Positions 9,684 through 19,088 of a DNA stretch of 64,000 bases are shown piece after piece (position 1 is the stretch's first letter; the number at the start of each line of letters is the position of its first letter). The notes beneath the pieces are model-generated. The model made no database searches. It was not told the origin of the DNA and was given only the letters and a program-made list of their open reading frames with translations. Location: IMG/VR virus record IMGVR_UViG_3300017774_006254, positions 32,001-96,000 of that record. One strand, written 5' to 3'. A program made the translations under genes and the position numbers. This DNA is from a virus.

Positions 9684-10355
9684 TCAGATCTCTTGCCCGT
9701 CGTCACGCAACGCGTCGACGTAATCTTCCCACTGCTTTCCACGTTTTCCAGTGGTAGCTGGGTACAGGCCAACCGTGCCATCGCTGTGCACGATCGCCGA
9801 AAGGCCTTCCTTCTTGCACAGCTTCTCGAAGCCCTTGTCCACCTTGTAGGCGGGCTCGAACTTGATGTTGATCAAAGGAGAGATCTCCTTGAACTTCGCG
9901 CGCTTTGCATCGTCAGCATCGCTGAAGACCTTTGCTCCCGCGACACCGGCCTTTGCGAAGTAGCGAGTCACCTGGTCAGCGAAAGCACTACGACTCGGAC
10001 TCCACCCTCCCGCGCTCTCGCCCTCATCCGGAAGTGCATACGAGGCAGACCCCTCGTCCTCATCATCACGGCTGTTCTTCGTAGGAGCCTTGATGTTTTG
10101 AAGCAAGAAGTACCCGCCGATTCCAGTGCCGACGGCGGTAACCAGCCAGCCCCAAATTGGGAGCGGGCCCATCTTGCGCTGCAAGAACCCCGTCTCCTGG
10201 ATTGGAGCGGGAGCTTGCGCGAGAGACAAGGGGTAAACCGGCATCCCGTTCACGTTCATCATGGGCGCAGGCTGCGCCGCCATGACCGGAGTTGGAGCTG
10301 GAGCCGCTTGCCCGCCGCCGTAGATTTCATCGAGATCGAATTGTTGTTCAGTCAT
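9684..10355 (-). CDS. Single-pass membrane protein
   Basis: TM LPIWGWLVTAVGTGIGGYFLL followed by a soluble domain. Confidence 0.6.
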   Translation of the reverse strand: MTEQQFDLDEIYGGGQAAPAPTPVMAAQPAPMMNVNGMPVYPLSLAQAPAPIQETGFLQRKMGPLPIWGWLVTAVGTGIGGYFLLQNIKAPTKNSRDDEDEGSASYALPDEGESAGGWSPSRSAFADQVTRYFAKAGVAGAKVFSDADDAKRAKFKEISPLINIKFEPAYKVDKGFEKLCKKEGLSAIVHSDGTVGLYPATTGKRGKQWEDYVDALRDDGQEI

Positions 10356-10415
10356 GCCCAGCCTTCAATTGTGAGTTCGAGATCCACCCAAAGATCTCGT
10401 CAGGTTCAGAACAGC

Positions 10416-11492
10416 TCAGTCCCATCCCATGTCGAGGCTTCGGACTTCCCCGGGCTTCGCGATGCGCACGTTCTTTGGCTTCAACGTGACGGTCATCCCG
10501 CCGCCCCTGTGGGTATTCGGCTTGCCCATCTCAGTGGCCAGTCGCGTCGCTTCAGTTTTGCTCGAAGCCAAGGCAGTGTTGTATCCGCCGCCGACCCAGT
10601 TCCACACCCACAGCTTCTTGGTGCTCTTGGGACGCGGGTTCCGAGTGACACGTCGCGAACTGGACTTTCGCTTCCGCTTTGGAATCGAGAAGGTCGTCTC
10701 TTGGGTTTTGATCTTGCAGCCAGGCCCGTGGCCGCGCTTGCCCAAGTCGGGCTTGCCACATGACGGACACGGAAAACTGCCAGCGTTCATGCGCATGCGT
10801 GATCGGCGCCTCGACCCGCGCCGACGCCTATTTGGCGTAACCACCCTCTTCGGCTTCAGGGCGAAGAATGCAAGCGCCCCCACAGCGAGCGTGCCTCCCG
10901 CGAGAACACCCCACATCGGGATGCCTCCAACGGTCTGCGTGAGGAAGGTTGGTTCAGCACTGCCGTCGTAGTACGGCTGCGCTCCAGGCATAGCGCCGGG
11001 AATGGTCGCTGGAGTGGTCGCTGGGGCCGGAAACAAGCTCGTCAGCAAGCCCGTCACCGCCGAGGTCGCAGCTGCCCCCGCATTCGCACCGCTGGAAGCA
11101 CCAGGGCTACTGGATGCGCCAGGAGACGAGGGAGGCGACCCGTACGTCCAGGCGTGCGTGTTTGTGACGCGCGATCCTGAAAGCAGAGCTTGAATCTGCG
11201 CGCCCATGCGAGCGAAGGCCTGATTCACAGCTTCGCCAGTCAGCGCACCCGACGCACGGACGGTCACCCAGAGACTGCCCGCGGGGACGCCACCAGGCGC
11301 AGAAGGGCCGCCCCAACCACTGCCGACGATCGTCCCTGGGAACGAAGCTGCGGCGGTACGCAAGGCCTGAAGCTTCTGCTCAGCCGTGCCGTTGGCTTGA
11401 ACAAGGAATCCGCCGACGAATTGCTGACCTGGCACGTAGCTCGCGCCCGTCGCCAAACCACCAAGACCACTGAACCCTCTTGTGTAACTCAT
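10416..11492 (-). CDS. Membrane virion protein with Arg-rich tail and CxxC motif (MSY family)
   Basis: MSYTRGFSGLGG start at 11492; TM; VTPNRRRRGSRRRSR; CPSCG...HGPGC. Confidence 0.65.
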   Translation of the reverse strand: MSYTRGFSGLGGLATGASYVPGQQFVGGFLVQANGTAEQKLQALRTAAASFPGTIVGSGWGGPSAPGGVPAGSLWVTVRASGALTGEAVNQAFARMGAQIQALLSGSRVTNTHAWTYGSPPSSPGASSSPGASSGANAGAAATSAVTGLLTSLFPAPATTPATIPGAMPGAQPYYDGSAEPTFLTQTVGGIPMWGVLAGGTLAVGALAFFALKPKRVVTPNRRRRGSRRRSRMRMNAGSFPCPSCGKPDLGKRGHGPGCKIKTQETTFSIPKRKRKSSSRRVTRNPRPKSTKKLWVWNWVGGGYNTALASSKTEATRLATEMGKPNTHRGGGMTVTLKPKNVRIAKPGEVRSLDMGWD

Positions 11493-11848
11493 CGCCTGCT
11501 CCTTGGGCGCCTGTTGGCGCGAACTTGCCTCGACGGCTTCAGGGTGTTCCATGCGAACAGCCCAAAGCTGCCAATCGACAACGCGAGTCCAATCAGCGAG
11601 TAACGCTCCATCCGCTGGGCTCGCTGCTCTTCCTTCGACAACTCCGTGACTTGGCCAAGGTGCGACGACTGAAGGTACGGACGACGCGGTCCGAGATGCT
11701 CAGACCGAAGACGAGGCGGCTGCGTGGTGTAGATGAATTGCGACACCGAGCCCCGCTGACGCTGCGGCTGACTGAGGTCCGCAAATACCCACGGGTTCGT
11801 AACTCCCCATGGCTGATAGCCAAGGGCTCTGTTCACTCGGTAGGTCAT
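11489..11848 (-). CDS. Small membrane protein (MTY)
   Basis: MTYRVNRALG, HLGQ, TM, tail VRANRRPRSRR. Confidence 0.6.
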   Translation of the reverse strand: MTYRVNRALGYQPWGVTNPWVFADLSQPQRQRGSVSQFIYTTQPPRLRSEHLGPRRPYLQSSHLGQVTELSKEEQRAQRMERYSLIGLALSIGSFGLFAWNTLKPSRQVRANRRPRSRR

Positions 11849-12117
11849 CACTCCTCCTGACCGCGGCGAATGCTCTTCGCGACGTTCTTCTTGATACGAG
11901 GCATGAGCCAACCCCAGACCGCGTAGCCAATTCCAATTCCCGTGGCAACTCCCAATGGAATCGTGAACGCAGGGCGCTTGTACCAAGCAAGGGCGCTGGT
12001 ATCGACTTGCCCAACGCCGTACAAGGGGACAACGCCTGCTGCCGCTGTGCGGACGCCGGTCATGTTCTGTGCGTAAGCCTCACGAGCTTGAGGCGTGACG
12101 AAGTCCTGTGCGTTCAT
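11848..12117 (-). CDS. Small membrane protein
   Basis: YGVGQ, TM, IKKN plus basic tail. Confidence 0.6.
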   Translation of the reverse strand: MNAQDFVTPQAREAYAQNMTGVRTAAAGVVPLYGVGQVDTSALAWYKRPAFTIPLGVATGIGIGYAVWGWLMPRIKKNVAKSIRRGQEE

Positions 12118-13541
12118 CGAAGTCCAGCCTTCCTCGCAAGCTTCTTGGCGTTGCGCGTGATCGACTTGCGGTTGCTCCAGGCGAAGTAGCCACCAATGCC
12201 GATCGCTGCTCCGATCAGCAAGCGTGTCGGCGTGATGAACGAAGGCGAGGCGGGAGCCACGGGCTCTGCTGTGACCTGGCCCATGCCAGCGACAGCCGCC
12301 GAGCTGAAGAGTGCCCCGAGGTCACCCTTCATTGCATTCTGGTCGCGCACCAGCGGACCAAGATGCGCCGCCGCCGCCGCCTGCATCGGAGCGCGAGTGC
12401 GCCTTACGCTCGTCGACAGACGATCGAGGTTCGGAAGCGATCCTTTTGACCGAGCGACCCCCTGAAGGTCTTTGACCGTTGCGTGCATGATGGCATGCGC
12501 GAGCGTGTCTTCGAGCGCCGACTCGGGCTGCTGCCCAAGGTCCACGAGCCGCTTGGCTGTGCTGCCAGTGCGAGCCGCTGTTCCAGCCCCGAGAGAGTCA
12601 GCTGCCTGAGCGACGAACCTCGACCGCTCCTTGGGAGCCAAAGACCTCGCCTCCGTCATGATGAGACGAGCGGCCTTCCGTCCGAAAGCTTCGACGTGGC
12701 TGCGTGGACCAGACTCGCTCTGACGCATCTCTGGCACAGGCTTGGAGACGAAGGGCGAGTACCCAGGCTTGTACGAGTTGACGTTCGTGGCCAGCGTCAC
12801 GCCGCCAGCCGAAGGCTGAACGACACGCCACTCATTCGCGGTTGTGTCCCACATCTCACTCTGTTGGACGCCAAGATCGTCTTCATCCGCGAGGTAGGCA
12901 GGTAGCGCGTACTGGTTTGCGAAGGAGCCGTCACGCGGACGCCACGTAACCCCTTCTTCCATGTCAAACACGCCGCTTCCGATCGTGCTCTGTGTCGAGT
13001 CGTTGAACTCGTAGCTCTCGCGATCGTACAGCATGTCAGAGGGGATTCCCTCGTTCGATGGCTGCTGGTTGCGGTTGCCATGCCAGGACGCTGGGGGAAC
13101 CTGAACGTCATCGTGGACTTCGAGAACTTCTGGCTCGTTGTGCATATCGTCTCGCGCGAACTTTCTGGGCGGGCTCATGTCAACATCGCCGAGGTTTGAG
13201 TCTCGGAGTGCCATGTCCGTCCGTTGCATCGAATGAGGGCGGTAGCCTACCGCGCTTCCTGGGCCCCAAGGATACGAGCCGTAGGTGGTCGCAGCCGCGT
13301 CCGGACTGTCCACGTCGTCTGCGATCTTGAATCGAGACATGCCTTCGACATCTGGAGCTGGAGCTGCGCCGGGGTTCCTTCCTGGAGTCGACAGTGTGTC
13401 TTCCTGAAGGTCGTCATCGAGGAACGATGAACCTTGCCCATTGGGACCACGGGCGTAGTCCTGCGCGTCAAGGTTCGCGTTGCCTCGCATGGTCGGAATG
13501 GCCATGTCGCCATCATCGTCAAACCCGTAATCGTTACTCAT
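12114..13541 (-). CDS. Membrane-anchored protein with acidic N-terminal half
   Basis: RBS GAGGAG before MSNDY; helical domain related to the two upstream paralogs; AGMGQ, TM, ITRN plus basic tail. Confidence 0.65.
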   Translation of the reverse strand: MSNDYGFDDDGDMAIPTMRGNANLDAQDYARGPNGQGSSFLDDDLQEDTLSTPGRNPGAAPAPDVEGMSRFKIADDVDSPDAAATTYGSYPWGPGSAVGYRPHSMQRTDMALRDSNLGDVDMSPPRKFARDDMHNEPEVLEVHDDVQVPPASWHGNRNQQPSNEGIPSDMLYDRESYEFNDSTQSTIGSGVFDMEEGVTWRPRDGSFANQYALPAYLADEDDLGVQQSEMWDTTANEWRVVQPSAGGVTLATNVNSYKPGYSPFVSKPVPEMRQSESGPRSHVEAFGRKAARLIMTEARSLAPKERSRFVAQAADSLGAGTAARTGSTAKRLVDLGQQPESALEDTLAHAIMHATVKDLQGVARSKGSLPNLDRLSTSVRRTRAPMQAAAAAHLGPLVRDQNAMKGDLGALFSSAAVAGMGQVTAEPVAPASPSFITPTRLLIGAAIGIGGYFAWSNRKSITRNAKKLARKAGLR

Positions 13542-13553
13542 GTCTCTCCTCAC

Positions 13554-14252
13554 TCACTTCAACAGGAAGTATCCGACGCCGAGGGTGGCCACAACTGCGC
13601 TTCCGCCCATCAAATAGAGGCGAATCTGCGCACTGCGCGCGTTGGCCTGGTTGGCTGATGCCTGAGCCGCTGCCGCTGCCTGAGCCATCTGAAGGTTCGC
13701 CTGAGCTTGCGCCGCCGCCGCCGCTGCCTCGCGACTCTCGCGCCCACAGTCAAGCTCTCCTCCAGCAATAGCCGATCCGATGCTTAGTACACCGCCTACG
13801 ATTTGACCGTACACGGGAATGACACTGGCCACGCCACCGACCGTCGACGCGCCGCTCGCAATGCTACATGCGGTAGCTCGGTCATTCGCGGAGAACGCGC
13901 CTAGCGCCTCTGCTCCGTGGATACGTGCCGCATCCATCCGAAGCGACTCGATACCTTCGCCACGCTTGAAGTTCGCGATGGCAAGTCGGATCGCGTCGAA
14001 CAAAGACTGGTCGTTGCCTTTTCCAGACGATACGATCTCCTGGTACATCCGATTGACATGGCGAGCCATGCCAGGAGCGATAGCGTCCAGGCTATTGCTG
14101 ATGAATCTGCGGCGTACATCAACTGGCTTCCGTGCCGCTTTGAGTAGTAGCTGCGAAGCGCGCAGTGATGCGTTCGCAAGTACCGCGTCGTGTTGCGCCG
14201 CGGAACCTACCGTCATGGCCCTTGACGGGCGAGCTGCTAGTGAGTACGTCAT
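13554..14252 (-). CDS. Membrane-anchored virion protein (paralog of 14252..14902)
   Basis: MTY start, FDAIRL motif, Ala-rich helix, C-terminal TM. Confidence 0.65.
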   Translation of the reverse strand: MTYSLAARPSRAMTVGSAAQHDAVLANASLRASQLLLKAARKPVDVRRRFISNSLDAIAPGMARHVNRMYQEIVSSGKGNDQSLFDAIRLAIANFKRGEGIESLRMDAARIHGAEALGAFSANDRATACSIASGASTVGGVASVIPVYGQIVGGVLSIGSAIAGGELDCGRESREAAAAAAQAQANLQMAQAAAAAQASANQANARSAQIRLYLMGGSAVVATLGVGYFLLK

Positions 14253-14902
14253 TACTTCAGAGCGATCTTGGCTGCGACAGCTAGCGCCAAAATCCCAGCG
14301 ATTCCGACGCCCGCATAGAGTACCGTGCGATTCGTCTGCGCGCCCGTGTTTAGCCTTGCCATCTCTAGGGCGGCGGCGGCCTGCTGCGCGGCCACTTCAG
14401 CTTGTAGGCGAAGGGTCGGGAGGTTGCAATTCCCAATCGCCGCTCCAGCATTCGCTCCTCCGACGATGGAGGTGTCTGCTCCAGATCGAAACGCTCCAAC
14501 CCAGCCGCCCGTGCTCGCTGAGAGCGAGGCACCTGTGCAGGCAAACGTGTTCGCATCCGCGGCGAAGTCGCCAAGCCCCGACATGCCACGAGCCGCCTGA
14601 CTTCCAGCCCATTCCTGTAGGCGATTGGCGAGCACGAGCCGAATCGCGTCGAACACCGCTTGATCCGGAGTGCGCGTGCGAGAGATGATGCCGATCTTTG
14701 CGATCGCTTCGTCTCCCATCTTTGGCCACAGGTTGTTCAGGCGGTTGCGAAGCCAAGCCATTCTGGATGAAGCGTCAACCTTGGCCATGTGGAGCATGAC
14801 TTCGCTCGCCATGAGCGAAGCTTTGCTCACGAACGGATCTGTCTGAGCAAGCTGCCCCGAGACGACTTGCCCGAGCCCAGCCATTGCTTGTGCGTAGCTC
14901 AT
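14252..14902 (-). CDS. Membrane-anchored virion protein (MSY family)
   Basis: MSYAQAMAGLGQ start at 14902, FDAIRL, MSGLGD, C-terminal TM. Confidence 0.65.
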   Translation of the reverse strand: MSYAQAMAGLGQVVSGQLAQTDPFVSKASLMASEVMLHMAKVDASSRMAWLRNRLNNLWPKMGDEAIAKIGIISRTRTPDQAVFDAIRLVLANRLQEWAGSQAARGMSGLGDFAADANTFACTGASLSASTGGWVGAFRSGADTSIVGGANAGAAIGNCNLPTLRLQAEVAAQQAAAALEMARLNTGAQTNRTVLYAGVGIAGILALAVAAKIALK

Positions 14903-15234
14903 CGACTTCTCCGACGCGACTTTCGGCCGCTTCTGTTCTTGGTGACACCAGGACGCGCAAAGCCTTGCGTGAACGCAATCACCGGGACAACAACAGGGAG
15001 CATCGCGCCCCCAAGAAACCACGCGAGCGTCCACCCGAGGTCGCCGCGATTCCGCTTGTACCCATGGTACGCAGAAACCGCTGCGCTGATAGTCGAGAGT
15101 CCCCAACCAGCAACCACCATCGCTCCTGTCGGTCGGAACGTGACGGTGATCGGAGACGGAACTGAATCGATCGCCTGTCCGAACGCTGAGAGGCCGATTC
15201 CGGGACCGTCGTAGTAGTTCGTCTTGGTGGTCAT
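14899..15234 (-). CDS. Two-TM membrane protein
   Basis: AYHGYKRN between two TM helices; tail VTKNRSGRKSRRRSR. Confidence 0.65.
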   Translation of the reverse strand: MTTKTNYYDGPGIGLSAFGQAIDSVPSPITVTFRPTGAMVVAGWGLSTISAAVSAYHGYKRNRGDLGWTLAWFLGGAMLPVVVPVIAFTQGFARPGVTKNRSGRKSRRRSR

Positions 15235-15235
15235 A

Positions 15236-15832
15236 TCAGTCAATCTCGAAAATGGTGTATTGCTTGATCCGACGAAGCATATTCCCTGTCCGGCGCCCCG
15301 CAACAGGATCGAGGACCCACCACTGCTTCGTGCGGGGATCTTGAGCACGCGCAAAGACGTGCGTATGAATTTTCGGCTCGCCAGCCAACTGCGGCTTGAA
15401 GCCACAAGTGACAAACTGACCTCGGGCCCCGATTGTCAGACAAGATGTAGCAATCGCGAGAGCGATGTCGTCACAGTCGCAAGCGGCACGCCCCGCAAGG
15501 GCATCAGCCAGAATACGGTCGGGACTGCGAATCAGCTCAACGTGCAGAGGATCGCGCGTGTACCTGGTTGCGTTTCCCCACCAGCGGGAGATCGCGATGC
15601 ACTCGCTCGAATAGTCCTTCGGCCGCACGTTGTTGATGATCTGTTCCGTGTGTCTGCGGAAACTGATACTGCGCTCCCCCTGCAACGCATTCTGCACCAT
15701 CACTCGCGGGTCGACGAGACCCTTTGCGAGGTTGATCATCACGGCAACAGTGTGATCAGTACCTCGGTATGGTTCCGTGGTACCAACTGCGTTGTTGTAG
15801 GTCGGTGAGTATGAGTTTGCTCTGAGCTGCAT
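15236..15832 (-). CDS. Transglutaminase-like cysteine protease (candidate maturation protease)
   Basis: Catalytic-triad motifs ACDCDD, HTHVF and WWVLDP; YTRDP upstream. Confidence 0.8.
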   Translation of the reverse strand: MQLRANSYSPTYNNAVGTTEPYRGTDHTVAVMINLAKGLVDPRVMVQNALQGERSISFRRHTEQIINNVRPKDYSSECIAISRWWGNATRYTRDPLHVELIRSPDRILADALAGRAACDCDDIALAIATSCLTIGARGQFVTCGFKPQLAGEPKIHTHVFARAQDPRTKQWWVLDPVAGRRTGNMLRRIKQYTIFEID

Positions 15833-16054
15833 GCAGATACCTGTGCCCAGGCGCCCACATGAAGTCTCGCACGATCTCTACTCAGCGCGCAAGGAAACGA
15901 CTCGACCTTGCCTTGTCCCTGTCACCTGGCCCTGGACGCTCCATCCGCTCGAAGCGAGCCTCAAGTTCTCGTCCAATTGCCTCGCCTTGTCGCATAAGCT
16001 CTGCCACTTCCGCTCTCGTGAGAGTGCGCGGTTTTGAGACTGGCGAGCCTTGCG

Positions 16055-16393
16055 TCATCTGGTCGACATCTTCTTGCCGTCACGCTTCAGGAATTTCGGA
16101 GTCTCTGTCTTTCGTTCCATGATGGGACGCGCTTGCGCAATCAACTCCGCACGCACCGAGATCGGTCGCTCGCCCTGCCACGTAGTCACAAGGGTGAACT
16201 GGCCGCCTTCCGGTATCTCGATCGACCGCATCAGCTTCGACGGTATCGTGTAGGTACTACCGTCGTGAAAGCGAACGTGCGCCCGCTCCCCTTGGTACTT
16301 GACAACCATTGCTGGTTTTCGTTCCTCACGCGGGGGAGCGGGCGTCGCATAGCTGCCAAGCCCTCGAAGACCCTTGGAAGTCGGGGCAGACAT
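16055..16393 (-). CDS. Hypothetical protein
   Basis: Coupled ORF in the operon; LRGLGSY motif. Confidence 0.5.
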   Translation of the reverse strand: MSAPTSKGLRGLGSYATPAPPREERKPAMVVKYQGERAHVRFHDGSTYTIPSKLMRSIEIPEGGQFTLVTTWQGERPISVRAELIAQARPIMERKTETPKFLKRDGKKMSTR

Positions 16394-16665
16394 TAGGCCT
16401 GCTCGGTCTCCTTCGACTGCACGAAGCCCCAGAGGCGCATCATCTTCATGGGGTCTTGCATGATGGATCGGAATGCCTCCTTGGCCCCAGATGCATTGTC
16501 GCCGACGAGTTCGCCAAGTTCAGCAACGACTGCATCCATCTCCTGCATTTTTTCACGCAGGAGTGAGTCCGGAGCTTCCAAGTTCAAAGCCACGAGAAGC
16601 TCCTCGCCGATGGCGATTGCCCTCATCGCTTTCTCTCCGACGCCCTTCAGCTCTTCTTCGGTCAT
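16393..16665 (-). CDS. Hypothetical protein
   Basis: Coupled helical ORF. Confidence 0.5.
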   Translation of the reverse strand: MTEEELKGVGEKAMRAIAIGEELLVALNLEAPDSLLREKMQEMDAVVAELGELVGDNASGAKEAFRSIMQDPMKMMRLWGFVQSKETEQA

Positions 16666-19088
16666 TGTTGCAATCCTGCGGAAATACGAGCAAAAGCTTC
16701 GAGTACGAACTTCTGTCCAGCGGGCGTTGCGCCTGCCGAATTGGGTGCGGTCTCCATGATACCACGAGCGATATCCTCAGGCTTGTAGACGCTCACGACT
16801 TGGCGCAAGGTCGCCGCGGGCCAGTCTCGCAGAACCGCCTCTGCGAACTCTTCTGGTTCGTCCGCATTGGAGACCGCCTTGTGGACCAGCGTGGAGAGGA
16901 GGGTGAGCCCTTGCCGCTCTTGTGAAGTCATCGTGCGCGCGACTCGGGCTGGCGGCTCTGGTGGCGGCGCAGGTGGCTGATCGAAGATCGTCGGTTCTTG
17001 ACGCCGCTCTGGGCGCCTCTCAGGGCGACGCGGTTCTTCTTCTCCGCCGCCTTCCCACGGTGGCCTGCGCCGCGTTGGAAGCGGTTCGGAGCCGTACTGA
17101 CTGGGCTCCGCGAAGTTCTGCGTTGCCGACACGGTCTTCCGGCGCGGTGGCTGTGCGAGGTCGTCCGCGTCAGGAATTCCTTGGCGTCTCGGCGCTACAA
17201 CTGACTGTCTGCGCGGGGGAAGCATGCGTCCTTGCGGCGGCGCTTGCATCGCCGCTTTCGGAACAAGCCCCAGTCCTCCTTGCGGAGTCTCGATCACAAC
17301 CATCTCTCCGTTCGGAGTGTTGACGATCTGGCCGACGGTGTACTGCGGCGCTTGCTGCGGCGCTTGTTGCTGGGGTGCCATCATGGCGCCGATTACCTGC
17401 ATCAGCTGTGGCAGTCTGTCTGTCACACCTTCGGCAAGTTGCGTCTTCCAGTCGTCGCCCGTTGGAGGAGAGATTCCGCCGCCACTGCTTCCGCCGCTGT
17501 TCGACGGCACGCCGAAAGCGTCCCGAAGCTCGTTCGTCTTGTGGAGCAGGGCGATCGGATCGCTGTTGTCAACCATGCGACTCTTCATGTCGGCGCCTTC
17601 ACTTCGAAGGCGATCGATCTCCTGCTGAAGCCATCCAGCGCGGTTCTCCATGCTCGCGACGACTGTCTGGTGACGGCTCTCCCAGTTCTGGTTTGTCGTG
17701 GAAAGCTGCATTTCCATGCGGTCCTTCCACGCGCGGTCTGACGCCTCGTTCAATTCTCGATGACGCTCTTGGTCGCGGCGACGCTCTTCGCGTTCGTTCT
17801 TGAGCAGGTCTTCGATGCGTTCTTCACGGCGCTTCGCCTCGGTCCTGTCTGCTGCAAGCTCTCGTTGATGGCTCTCACGCATCGAAGAGAGTTCTTGCGC
17901 GTGCGACTGCCGCATCGAGTTGACCAGGTTGTCGTGCTGCTTCGACTGCGTTTCCAGCAGTTGCTGTGTCTGCGCGCGAACAGCTTCGAGATCGGTCTGG
18001 TGCTTTGACAGCACGCTTTCCAGCATGCGCTCGGCGGACTTACCGCTCTCCCCCTTGTCACCGCTGCCTTGCATCAGCGCGAAGATGTTTTTGATTGTTT
18101 CAGAGGGCGATTCGCGCTGACGGTCCATTTCTTCCTGTCTCTCTCGGATGATTTTCATCTCCGCTGCCTGAACGCTCAGCTGTTCCTGGAGATACCGACG
18201 CTCCAGTTCAGAGCGCTCTTTTTCCGCCCTCACCAGATCGTCCGCGCGTTGCCGTTCCATGTCGATCAGGGGGCGCATGTTTGCTGTCGCGATCTCAGCC
18301 ATCTTCGACGCGCGCTCCTCAGAGCGAATGCGTTCCTGACGTTCGTCCTTGGCCAACTCAGTTGCCATTTTCATGGCCACTTCTGTCGACTTCGGATTCT
18401 CGGCTGCGGGATAGTGCATCTGTGGGATGGATGCTGCTGCCGCCGACTCGCGAGCGGCCACGGCTGCTGCGCCGTTCTGAATCGCCCTCGGCTGACGATT
18501 AGAATTCGGGTCTCCAGCCAAAGAGATCGTGATCGAGTCGTAGTGCTTGAGCACTTGCGGCTTGTCTGGGGTCGGGCCCATCACGACGATGCGATACACG
18601 CCGCCGCCGTACTCGGACATCAGGAACTCTTCAGTGAGAACCTGCTGCCACGTGTCGTAGTACCCATCTGCCTTGATCCCGCCAGGAAAAATCTTTGGCC
18701 AATTCCTGTAGAGGTAGAGGCAATACTCGGTTGTCTGCCCGATGTTGTACTTGGACATCAAGTCGCCGAGAGACTTCTCTTTCTCGACAACTTTCATCAC
18801 TTTCTGCGGAGGAAGGATGGCATCCAGAACTTCGGAAGAAACCGTCTCCTTGGGCTCTCTCACCCTCGGCGCACGCCTTGGCTTCGGTGCTTCCTCGGCG
18901 TCGATGTCCTGCACCTTCTCCTCTTCGTCATCCTCTTCCTCCTCGTCGTCGTCCTCTTCGCGAGCGCGTACTCGCGAAGGCGGAAGACTTTGAGGTGCCG
19001 TGACAACACGTCGTGTTCCAGCTCCAGAAGCGCGAGACGCGATGTCTGCAACTTCGTCGTCGATATCAAACATCGTCGACATTTTCAC
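16662..19088 (-). CDS. Large coiled-coil protein (scaffold or tape-measure-like)
   Basis: 808 aa: acidic N-terminus, globular domain (EYGGGVYRI), long E/R/Q-rich coiled coil, Pro-rich C-terminus. Confidence 0.65.
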   Translation of the reverse strand: MKMSTMFDIDDEVADIASRASGAGTRRVVTAPQSLPPSRVRAREEDDDEEEEDDEEEKVQDIDAEEAPKPRRAPRVREPKETVSSEVLDAILPPQKVMKVVEKEKSLGDLMSKYNIGQTTEYCLYLYRNWPKIFPGGIKADGYYDTWQQVLTEEFLMSEYGGGVYRIVVMGPTPDKPQVLKHYDSITISLAGDPNSNRQPRAIQNGAAAVAARESAAAASIPQMHYPAAENPKSTEVAMKMATELAKDERQERIRSEERASKMAEIATANMRPLIDMERQRADDLVRAEKERSELERRYLQEQLSVQAAEMKIIRERQEEMDRQRESPSETIKNIFALMQGSGDKGESGKSAERMLESVLSKHQTDLEAVRAQTQQLLETQSKQHDNLVNSMRQSHAQELSSMRESHQRELAADRTEAKRREERIEDLLKNEREERRRDQERHRELNEASDRAWKDRMEMQLSTTNQNWESRHQTVVASMENRAGWLQQEIDRLRSEGADMKSRMVDNSDPIALLHKTNELRDAFGVPSNSGGSSGGGISPPTGDDWKTQLAEGVTDRLPQLMQVIGAMMAPQQQAPQQAPQYTVGQIVNTPNGEMVVIETPQGGLGLVPKAAMQAPPQGRMLPPRRQSVVAPRRQGIPDADDLAQPPRRKTVSATQNFAEPSQYGSEPLPTRRRPPWEGGGEEEPRRPERRPERRQEPTIFDQPPAPPPEPPARVARTMTSQERQGLTLLSTLVHKAVSNADEPEEFAEAVLRDWPAATLRQVVSVYKPEDIARGIMETAPNSAGATPAGQKFVLEAFARISAGLQQ

